A stretch of 64,000 nucleotides of DNA, from the IMG/VR virus record IMGVR_UViG_3300031857_000091, positions 19,431-83,430 of that record, one strand, 5' to 3'. Positions 8,639 to 17,600 of this stretch are shown here, piece by piece. Made by a program: the position numbers and the translations under genes. Each line of letters opens with the position of its first letter. Within the stretch, counting starts at the first letter, position 1. The notes below the pieces were generated by a model. That model searched no databases and had not been told where the DNA came from. It saw nothing but the letters and a program-made list of their open reading frames with translations. This DNA comes from a virus.

Positions 8639-9772
8639 ATGAGTAATTTAGCACAATTTGCCTTTGGAAACAATCAAGTTCGAGTTGTTTTGATTGATGG
8701 TCAACCATGGTTTGTGGCAGCTGATTTGGCAAAAATTCTAGAATATGCCAACACAGGGAAAATGCTTCAAATTGTGGACAAAGAAGATTCCGTAGAAATT
8801 AACCCGCAAAAGTTGGATAATGCCAAAATGGTACTATCCTTTAATAGCAATACTTTCAGGGTTTCATTGATTAACGAATCTGGGTTATATTCCGTGATTT
8901 TTAATAGTACTAAGTCGGAAGCCAAAACTTTTAAACGGTGGGTAACTAGTGATGTCCTTCCCCAAATTAGAAAAACGGGAAAATATGAACCCCAGTCAAA
9001 ACTAAATATCTACGCCCGTCGAGTACAGATAGCTTCTAAATGGGAAATACCTAAAGGTTATTGGTGCGTTTTTCATGAAATATCCTTACTAGCCAATAAA
9101 GTAGGGGAGACCTATCAAGTCGGCGAGTTTGACACTCCACTACCTAAAGGTGAGTGGATTCTTTAGAGGAGATAACTAACAAATGCTAGTCATTGCTCGA
9201 AGCAACCACATTGTCATATCGTGCCTTAGCACTAATACAACAGCAGTTCACAAGGCGGTGTCAATTGCCTTTATCCTGTCAGCTATTGCTTTCAGGTTAC
9301 TTTTTGCTTACGTTTTTTCACTCGCTTACAGTCTTTCTTTATGGGGGCTGAGGCTGTAGTGCATAGCACCGAGTACCATTTCGGTTACTCATTTTTTCAA
9401 CAGGTGTCCCGCCACAGGGTGTTTCACCCTACCAGTAAGGTCTTAGTTGCGTACTTTTATTTTACACTAATTTCGACAAAATATAAAGCCGTCCTCAAGG
9501 ACGGGGTTTCTACCCATTTTTCTGATGACTTGATCGACGGCAGTGTAGGTCAATGTTGGAGCAAGTATCGTAAGGCTTTTGATTGGATTCAGCCCACTAT
9601 ATTGTTTCCCATCTTTTTTGGTGATTCTCGAGACGCTGCTCATGTGCAGGTTCATGGGTACAAGAATAGCGAGTTACCCCACTTCCGTGATTGGCTAGAA
9701 AATATCTACACACTAGAGCGATTGCCAAAATATCTAACTGGCAAATATGGGCAATTGATGAAGCGAGATTGA
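8639..9772 (+). pseudogene. BRO-N antirepressor-like gene interrupted by a 396-bp insertion
   Basis: BRO-N motifs (VRVVLIDGQPWFVAADL, INESGLYS, FKRWVTSDVLPQIRKTG). Removing 9129-9524 restores the frame ..VGEYDLIDGSVGQCW.. Confidence 0.88.
9129..9524 (-). mobile_element. Non-autonomous IS200/IS605-family element (396 bp), copy 1
   Basis: Left-end hairpin CCCCGTCCTTGAGGACGGC, right-end hairpin ending GTGTCAA, inserted 3' of TCAT with no target duplication. About 97% identical to 28397-28792. Confidence 0.85.
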
Positions 9773-9813
9773 AAATAACATAAAATAGCAACAAAACCTC
9801 CCTCGCGGTGTTT

Positions 9814-10227
9814 TTAGCCATGTTTTTCAATATCTAGTATCCATTGCGGTGTGTGTGAGGTTTCTTTCGTAAAATACTTTTGACGGTCTAATTCGTCGAT
9901 TATGTATTTCAATAATTCTTCCATGATGTCATAAAATTCCTGATAATCCATATCCCAGTAAGGAAGTGATACAGACAAAGCATCTGGATTGTATGGAGGT
10001 ATAAACTTATCTCCATATAAGATTCTGTAAAAACCGTTTTTCAATCCATCCCCATCAATGACTTTGTAATCATTTTCAGTAAAAACAACGTATGCTCCAC
10101 ACTTATATTGATTTGATGTCTCGTAAATAGCTTCCTCGATAAAAGGTTTGTTGTCAAGAAAGCTTAAGATGGTATCAAGTAATTTATTTTTATCCATGTT
10201 TACCTCATGAGTTGCAATACAAAACAT
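9814..10227 (-). CDS. Hypothetical protein
   Basis: 137-aa ORF; likely start at MDKNK after GAGG. Confidence 0.6.
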   Translation of the reverse strand: MFCIATHEVNMDKNKLLDTILSFLDNKPFIEEAIYETSNQYKCGAYVVFTENDYKVIDGDGLKNGFYRILYGDKFIPPYNPDALSVSLPYWDMDYQEFYDIMEELLKYIIDELDRQKYFTKETSHTPQWILDIEKHG

Positions 10228-10259
10228 GGTACAGCAAAAAGAATCTAGGTAAACAGATA

Positions 10260-10362
10260 GTGCTTTAGAGCAAATCTATTTTTGGAGATATAAATTACTA
10301 AAATCCATATATATCAAGGTTTAATGTGCTTCAGAGCAAATCCTGGGGATAGCTCCAAACAC
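10260..10362 (-). repeat. Pair of 17-bp direct repeats (GTGCTTYAGAGCAAATC) with 66-bp period
   Basis: Copies at 10260-10276 and 10326-10342. Confidence 0.6.
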
Positions 10363-10434
10363 AAAAAACACCTAGGAATAAATCTTCTTAGGCGTTTTTT
10401 GTATCAATAATCATTGAACTAACACTGTATCAAG

Positions 10435-10644
10435 TTAAGCCAACTCTGCATCAAGCAAATTTTTAAATTCATCTGGGGCTATTGATTCCCAATCCTCAGC
10501 GATCGCTTTAAGATCCGCTTCGGTGATATTGGATAAACTATTATAGTTCGCTTCAGACAACGGTTCGCCCATGATCATAATCTTGGGAGTTAAGTCAGGG
10601 CTAGGAGGTGGGAGAGTTATCGCTTGATCCACTTGATTTTTCAT
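10435..10644 (-). CDS. Hypothetical protein (head operon)
   Basis: 69 aa; overlaps the upstream gene. Confidence 0.55.
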   Translation of the reverse strand: MKNQVDQAITLPPPSPDLTPKIMIMGEPLSEANYNSLSNITEADLKAIAEDWESIAPDEFKNLLDAELA

Positions 10645-10981
10645 CTACTTGAACCTCATTGGATAAATCGGCTTTTTTTCTACTTGTTTTTGTAGGATTT
10701 GTCGGAATAAACGTAGAAAGGTCAATGGGATCATCTTTCTTTAAAGTTTTTTCTAATGGGTCACTAGGCTGTGTCAAGAAAAGTGGTAAAGGTTCTGCTG
10801 TGGGGGTAATCGCCCCCCATTCTAGGTACTTTTGATAATCAGGGTGTTTCTTTAGCCGGGTAAACTCTTCATGAGTTAGATTATTTGTTCCCGGCTCTAG
10901 ATTCACCCCATCAAAAGTAGTTGCACCTTTACGAGGGTTGGGCTTTTCTTTTCCAGGATAATAGAAAAGAGTAGTAATCAT
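10601..10981 (-). CDS. Hypothetical head-associated protein
   Basis: Coupled to the capsid gene; LEPGTNNL motif typical of genes following DUF2184 capsids. Confidence 0.6.
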   Translation of the reverse strand: MITTLFYYPGKEKPNPRKGATTFDGVNLEPGTNNLTHEEFTRLKKHPDYQKYLEWGAITPTAEPLPLFLTQPSDPLEKTLKKDDPIDLSTFIPTNPTKTSRKKADLSNEVQVDEKSSGSSDNSPTS

Positions 10982-11928
10982 TAGTTATTGGTTATTGCTA
11001 TAGGAAAATCTGCATACCTGATAGTTCTAGGATAATCAGCTTGAACACTAGAAACGCTCTTATATCCGTAGACATTATATTTCATTCCTTCTTGTACTGG
11101 AGACATGACGTACAATGGGGCAAAATGTCTAACTACGTTTTTGGATTGTAGATTTAAAAAGACTAATCTGTCTTTTCCTGTTCCAGATGATTGGACTCCA
11201 TTAGCTTCAAGCTCTGCACTAGCTAACTCTGGCATAGGAACAACTATAGAAAGACTTGGTAAAGTTTTCTTTAGTGTATCCATGAGAGTATCCCCCACAT
11301 TATCGCTACGAAAAGTCGTATTTAGCAACTTAAATAAAGTAGGAGGGACGTATAATGCGTTGGGCATCTCTACAAAGTTAGTAGAAGTCCACACTGCATA
11401 ATATTCATTGGCAATAAAGTCAATGATGTTTTTTGAAGTTGCGTTCCCAGCGTATAGCTTGTAAGTAGAAGTGTTGCTTAATGTCACTTCTGGGTGATTG
11501 AGCAAGCCGTGCACTTGATGGGAGGGTAAACCGTAAGCGCATAACTGGTGGGATTTCACATCAATCATGCGACGCATTCCCATTAATCTCTCATCCTTGA
11601 AATTAGTCACTAATTGACCATTCTTAGAGGCAAATTCACTGGCTCTGAGTTCTGGGTCAGTATAAGAACAACCTCCAAAAATATGAACGATACGGTATAT
11701 ATCTTTGCCTACAGTGACTTCAGACATGGGAATATCTTGAGCTGAGCCAGTCATAATAGATGCTTGACCGTAATGCCGAACTGTTTCTACAGTGATTGTT
11801 TCTGCCCCTACTGAGATATCTCCAATTTGAGGGCAGTACAATCCGTTATCTAAATACAGTTCTGGAAGTCTTTCGCGAAGTACGATAGGGAGCTTTTGCT
11901 CTAAATAATTTGATAAAATTGCTGACAT
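10981..11928 (-). CDS. Major capsid protein (DUF2184/HK97-fold)
   Basis: 315 aa; YTDPELRA, AYG..HGLLNHP, PNALYVPP and DYPRTIRYAD motifs; follows protease, scaffold and decoration genes. Confidence 0.88.
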   Translation of the reverse strand: MSAILSNYLEQKLPIVLRERLPELYLDNGLYCPQIGDISVGAETITVETVRHYGQASIMTGSAQDIPMSEVTVGKDIYRIVHIFGGCSYTDPELRASEFASKNGQLVTNFKDERLMGMRRMIDVKSHQLCAYGLPSHQVHGLLNHPEVTLSNTSTYKLYAGNATSKNIIDFIANEYYAVWTSTNFVEMPNALYVPPTLFKLLNTTFRSDNVGDTLMDTLKKTLPSLSIVVPMPELASAELEANGVQSSGTGKDRLVFLNLQSKNVVRHFAPLYVMSPVQEGMKYNVYGYKSVSSVQADYPRTIRYADFPIAITNN

Positions 11929-11942
11929 TTATTTAAGTAGTC

Positions 11943-12443
11943 CTATGGTAAGTTGATTTGAAGTTTTGCGATTCCAGCTCCGGTTGTCGAGCTAAGCCAT
12001 CTTGCTTGAGGAATAGCTACGGCTTTATCTACTGTTGAAACGGTGTCAGCAGTTTTAAGGAATTTGCCTACAATAGAAGCTGTTCCTGCTGCGACTCGGA
12101 AAAAGACTGGGTCTCCAGGCGCTACGGCTACTTCTGTCTCTACCCAGATATCGCCTTGAATTAATACATCCATCTCTCTTTTGTCCCCATAGCCATCCAC
12201 GCCGTCAGCAGTATTTGTGTCTTCATAGATGTAACTACGGACTGCAATACCGACAAGACTAGTTTTATTGGCTGCGGGTAATATTACGTCTTGATCTCCT
12301 GTTCCTTGTACTACTGCACGACCAAAAGCTAAAACGCCACCACTGGCATTAGTTTTGGAACGAATAGAACAAGAATCAATCCCAGATGCAATAGCCCCAG
12401 GAATTCCAGGAGTTTGAGACAAAGAATAGTTAGTAATAGGCAT
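11943..12443 (-). CDS. Capsid decoration/cement protein
   Basis: FGRAVVQG, GIAVRS and GDIWVETEVAVAPGDPVFFR motifs; directly upstream of the capsid gene. Confidence 0.8.
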   Translation of the reverse strand: MPITNYSLSQTPGIPGAIASGIDSCSIRSKTNASGGVLAFGRAVVQGTGDQDVILPAANKTSLVGIAVRSYIYEDTNTADGVDGYGDKREMDVLIQGDIWVETEVAVAPGDPVFFRVAAGTASIVGKFLKTADTVSTVDKAVAIPQARWLSSTTGAGIAKLQINLP

Positions 12444-12446
12444 GAT

Positions 12447-13178
12447 TTAAGCTCTTATGATTGATTTGTGTGCATTTTCGATTAACTCAATGTATTCACG
12501 TTGAGCCGCTTTTAATGAGTCAGCGCGATCATTTGTGGCGACTGCGGTTGGCAGTACTACTTTTTCTCTGGCTGAATCGGATTGGGAATGTTTAACAGCA
12601 ATCTCAAACATTGCGTTAATAGCCTCGTCTGAGCGAGTACCTAAAGATTCAATGGAGTCCCCGTATCTTTTTGTAATTACTTCTTCTTTTAGTTGGCGAT
12701 TGCTCATTTTCTCTAGCACCTCTTCTTGAGCATCTAGTAGGGGGAATACTTGGCGCTCTAGCTTGCGTCTTTGAGAAACTCTTTCGTCGATTGAATCGGT
12801 AATGGCAGATGATTTAGCTTCAATCTCTTTAAGTAGTGCTTCTTCTTTGGCTTGCAGTTGTTCAACTTGCCCGCGTAACTCAGTCAATTCTTTTTGTGTC
12901 TCAGAATCAATGGAGTCTTGTACCGTCGTTTCTTTTTGTTCTAACTTTTCTATCTGATTGGTTAATTCATTAACTTTATTTGTTAATTCACAAACTTTAG
13001 TAGATACAAAAGAATCTGCTAAATATTTTTTTCCGTCTAAAGCAATGGTTTCTAGCCCGTCTAACTTTCCTTGCAGTTCTGTTATCTTGCTATCAGCTTT
13101 ATCAAAACTAATTTTAAGCAAAGCTAACTGAGATTCTGGAACGTCTAAAGCTACGCCATCACGTACAAAGTTCGCCAT
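12447..13178 (-). CDS. Capsid scaffold (coiled-coil; C-terminal half of DUF2213-type protein)
   Basis: Coiled-coil; RSDEAINAMFE motif; position in the head operon. Confidence 0.7.
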   Translation of the reverse strand: MANFVRDGVALDVPESQLALLKISFDKADSKITELQGKLDGLETIALDGKKYLADSFVSTKVCELTNKVNELTNQIEKLEQKETTVQDSIDSETQKELTELRGQVEQLQAKEEALLKEIEAKSSAITDSIDERVSQRRKLERQVFPLLDAQEEVLEKMSNRQLKEEVITKRYGDSIESLGTRSDEAINAMFEIAVKHSQSDSAREKVVLPTAVATNDRADSLKAAQREYIELIENAHKSIIRA

Positions 13179-13750
13179 AGTTTTTCTTCCTCTGATTTAA
13201 TTGACTGTATATTTTTTGTCCCAATATTGTAACTATCGAGATTTAATTTTAATTGCTCTCCACCTCTAGCTTTATCGACAATAGCGATATGATTGCCCAC
13301 ACGCTTTGTCTGAATAAATGTTTTAGGCTTGCTAGGGTGTGGAGTTAACTCTGCCCAGTACCCCATGCTTAGTTGATTAATACCTTCTTGAGTAACAGCT
13401 TTTATCGCTTTCGCGTCTCCCACTGTGAAGATTACTTCAACCAATCCTTTATTAAGGTTTGCGGTTACTCTGTCTCCCACAGACCCTATAGCATATTGAC
13501 TATAATTCTCTGGGATAACAAGCTCTTCAGGGTGATTCAATGTGACTGGCAAGCCAGCGATACTCTCTAAGTGCTCCGAGTCAAACAAAGTATCAGGAGG
13601 CACGTATTGATAATAGACCTCTCCATCATTGGTTACATATTCCATTTCTCCGGCGCGAGCTATCGCCCCCTTGACTCTTAGTAAACCTGATTTAGTAAAT
13701 GAAAATTCTGCTGTTCCTTTTGTGGCAAAATCCAGAAAGTATTGTAACAA
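13151..13750 (-). CDS. DUF2213-type prohead protease
   Basis: IARAGEMEY, GLPVTLNHP, LSMGY and NHIAIVDKARGG motifs. Confidence 0.85.
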   Translation of the reverse strand: MLQYFLDFATKGTAEFSFTKSGLLRVKGAIARAGEMEYVTNDGEVYYQYVPPDTLFDSEHLESIAGLPVTLNHPEELVIPENYSQYAIGSVGDRVTANLNKGLVEVIFTVGDAKAIKAVTQEGINQLSMGYWAELTPHPSKPKTFIQTKRVGNHIAIVDKARGGEQLKLNLDSYNIGTKNIQSIKSEEEKLWRTLYVMA

Positions 13751-13752
13751 AA

Positions 13753-14250
13753 TTACACCTCACATTTTTTTACAGAGTTTCCTACCAAGTTTTGAAGAAT
13801 ACACCGTACCCGAGAAAAAGGAATTTTTAATGTTCTGGCAATTTCTGCCATTGATACTCCTTCTGAATGAAGATAAACTACCTCAGCACTTATTCCTATC
13901 TGATTCTCTTTGCTCAACTTTGACCAATTAAACCCGCGTCTTTTGTTTCTACACGGAACATTCATTTTAGCCAAAATAACATAAAGAGTAGTGCTACTTA
14001 TATTATGCACTCTTAATATAGTATTTGTCGATAAACCAGCTAAATAATCTGTGACTATCGCATTAAATTCATCCTGTGACAAATTATTAATCGAGCATCT
14101 GATTTTTTTTAATTGAACATTAATTAATCCCACTTGGTACAATATACGATATACCCAGCTATAAGAGTAATTAAGTTCTTTAGCAGTCTCTTTGACACTA
14201 TTAGTTATTAGGTATGTGGCAATAACAGTCTTTTTTGTACTTTGCAACAT
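13753..14250 (-). CDS. Multi-HTH DNA-binding protein (possible late regulator)
   Basis: Three HTH-like segments, including SVKETAKELNYSYSWVYRIL and GVSMAEIARTLKIP. Confidence 0.65.
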   Translation of the reverse strand: MLQSTKKTVIATYLITNSVKETAKELNYSYSWVYRILYQVGLINVQLKKIRCSINNLSQDEFNAIVTDYLAGLSTNTILRVHNISSTTLYVILAKMNVPCRNKRRGFNWSKLSKENQIGISAEVVYLHSEGVSMAEIARTLKIPFSRVRCILQNLVGNSVKKCEV

Positions 14251-14670
14251 AGCTTTAAACCTTTTTACTCCTATTTACATTTTAACGATTTAAATATGAA
14301 CGGTATCCTCCAATCACATTTAGCTGCAACAATTAAATTATTTGAGATTTTAAAAACTTATATTGAATGTAAGAACTATGGCATTCATGGCTTTTTTATT
14401 ACAACTGCCAACAAAACGTTAAATGATTTGATGGCTGAGATTTTCTATCTTCAGTGTATCGAAAAATATTTAAACAATAGCCCCTATGAGTTAAGGAGAC
14501 AAATAAAAGAAGTGCCTGTTTCTCTACAATTTAGGACACTTTCTGAGGGTTTGGTTAAAGAAATTAGAAATGAAGCTTATAACCAGTATTTGACCTACGC
14601 ACAATTCCCTCAATCCTGCTGCGTCAAAAATGTAAAATATGTTTTGGAGACACTAGAGAAAGATGCTTAG
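14242..14670 (+). CDS. Hypothetical protein
   Basis: ORF overlapping the start of the tail fibre gene. Confidence 0.5.
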   Translation: MQHSFKPFYSYLHFNDLNMNGILQSHLAATIKLFEILKTYIECKNYGIHGFFITTANKTLNDLMAEIFYLQCIEKYLNNSPYELRRQIKEVPVSLQFRTLSEGLVKEIRNEAYNQYLTYAQFPQSCCVKNVKYVLETLEKDA

Positions 14671-17600
14671 TCAGTACGGTTCTTTTCGTCAACAATTAGC
14701 TGCTGCTGATTGGAATCTATCGGTAATGTCAGGTGGAGACTTAACATCTAATGACACAATAGAGTTTTTTGTGCAAGCTCATAACAGAGTAGGGCTAAAC
14801 AAGTTATCTACTGGCAAATCAATCACCACCGGGACAGGAAGCAAGATTAGATTAACCATTAATTCTTTAGCGATCGCTTCTGGGGAAGATACTTTTAAAT
14901 TTGTTATTTCGGCTCGTCGAGGTTTAGACACACCTAAGCAAATAGCAGAAATATATATCAGGGAGTCTAACCAGTACACATTCAAGCAATTGCCTATTAG
15001 TCTTGACTTTACTAAACCTGCTCACGTCTCAACGAATCTAACCCAAGCATTATCGACAGGGAATGACCGGATTAATGGGCAAATAAGAATAGTAGAAGGG
15101 GTATCTTATCGCTACGATAGTTTGGCAACTACCGGGGCATTCCAATCATCTCCAGGTTATTGGGTCATAGATAGTCGTGCTGGAATTGTAAATATTATCA
15201 ATACAAAAGGGCAATATGGAGCAGACCAAAGAACATCGACGGCTAATTTAGTAATTCCAGCCAAATTAAATACTGAGGGAGATATAAAAACAGAGCCTAT
15301 TGTTTTTTGGTGGAGTAATAACTTAGATTCAAATCTAGGCAACTTTTCTCCCGCCGGAATGGGCTTGAATTTAAAGATATATTTGAATGGTGCATTAACT
15401 AATAGCCAAAATATTCCTTATGCAAACTTATTTAGCAACTTAATTACAATCAGGTTTTTAGGTTACGTAAATTTGGCTACAGGGGTAATTAATGCTTCGT
15501 TGCCAGATGTTAATGTAGAAAAACAATGGACTCCTACAGCTAGTGGGATAACTTTACCTGCCAATCTCGACCCCGGCTATGCAGCTGCTTATGCTATATC
15601 TGTAGAATTTAGTGGCGACTTACTAGATACAATGATTGCTACAGCAGGAACAGTAGGAATCGAATTAACTAGAGAACCTACTCCTGGTGTTTACGAACCA
15701 TCCACCGGAGTATTAGGGGATAGCGTATTAGAAGGTCTTTATGTATTGCCAGAGCAAATGTTGCCAGGAGTTGCGACACTAGCTAATTATCGAGTAACTT
15801 ACCGGACTCCTAGCTTTTTTATTGGGTTAGAGCCTGATGCAGCTAACCAAAAAGTAGTAATAACTAATTCCCCTACAGGATTAGCAAGAGTTAGACAAGG
15901 GGACTTAGCCAATGGGCAATACTTAAGAGCAATAGTAGGGACATTACCAGGAACTCAAACAATTAGTTCTTTTTCAAGCATACAAGGAATATCTACCAAT
16001 AATTCTATAGAGTTAACTATTAATTACCCAGTCAATTCAACTAATGGGTTAGCCACGGTAAGAGGGGATTATCCTGATGTAGTAGCAGGGAATAATCAAG
16101 CAACATTTAACGTGCCGGAAATAATTATTTATCTGCATGATACAGCTAACAATATTTACTATAAGCTGCCATCTATTCCAGTCATTGCTGGAGCTTCTCA
16201 ACAAATAACTATTAGTAATTTAAATAATGCAACACAAATTAACTCCAATAATCTCCCATCCTCTAGTAGTAGCTTTGGTTTATTTGGTTATCTTAGTCCT
16301 ACTATCGCAGTTAGTGGTGTTCTGGGTAATTTTCCTTTTACTCTCTTTCGCTTAGCGATCGCTTATCATTATCCTGAAGATAATTTGGCTATTACTTCTG
16401 TTTCTCATGCAGCTAGCCAAGGGTGTTTACCGCAGGTTAGAAGCGCTTTAGTTGATTCCCTTGAAAATAATCTGTACTGGTTGACTCCCGCTGCTACTGT
16501 AGCCATAGCTAGACAAATTAGTGCAGATAAACTTATTGATGGTGCGGTTTTATTAGTAATAGGAACTGAAACACTTTATCGATATGATAGTTATTCTAGT
16601 GCTACTGATGATGGGGAATTGGTACTTAAACCTAATGCTCTTACTGGTGCAGGTAGATTTATTGCCCTTGCTAGTGGAGTAGGAAGCGGTGGGCTTGATG
16701 ATTTAGGGTGGAGTACATCAGCTAAGGGTGAGTTAATAAGTTGGACGGGGAGCGCAATAACTATAGTTCCTAGAGGGCAAAATGGGTATTACTTAAAAAG
16801 CGATAATTCCTCCCCTAGTGGACTTTCTTGGGCAGAAGTTACGGTAAGTCCAGGCGTACTGTTTCCTTTTGAAGAGATAGCAAACCAAGTAGCTTATAAT
16901 ACCCCCACAGGGGGAATTGACGTTAGACCAATGTGGAATGAAGACACAATGGATCTTTCTCCATCTCGGTATTGCTTGGCATATTCTAATGGAGGAACTT
17001 CTTTAGATTCTTATTTTGAGTTAATTCCTACACCATCTGGAACTACAAAAAAAGTTTTAATGTTTGACCCTGCAACAACTACGTATAGTTGGGTGAATTT
17101 TACTATTGCAGGTTTGCTAGATAGTTATGGAACTAGTACCGTCGTCCCACATAACAGTCAGTTATTTTATGATGCGTCAATCAGTAAATGGAGTCCTAGA
17201 ACAGAAAAAACTGAAATAAGATTACCTAATTTAGCAGACACTTTTATAGATTCTCCCGCCAATAATTATCCTTTGATTTGGGATAATACCATGAGAAAAT
17301 TTATAGTAGGAATGCCAGAATTGAGCGAAATTCAAGGGTTAAAATACACTTCTAGTACTATCCCTATTCCTGGTGACAGCTTATGGAATAACACAAAAGT
17401 CTTAGTTAGCGCCAGAAACCTAGGACAAAACCTTCGTAGCACGCAAGATTCAATTGCTGTTATTAATGCCACGATTTCTAGCTTATCTCCTTATATTACG
17501 GGAATATCTTCTTATCAATTCACTACAGCAAGTCTAAATACCAACAGACAATTTATCCAAATAGCAACTACTTTAAATACTATTATTGGGGGGAATGTTT

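Noticed and set aside
9341-9524. ORFs MGAEAVVHS.. (9341, 28580) and MLVIARSN.. (28738) as genes
   Set aside because: They lie within the non-coding element, have no transposase or TnpB motifs, and the frames differ between copies.
9129-9524. Self-splicing intron (IStron) that would rescue the BRO gene
   Set aside because: The element is antisense to the gene, copy 2 does not end in G in the gene's sense, and no group I core or group II domain V was recognisable.
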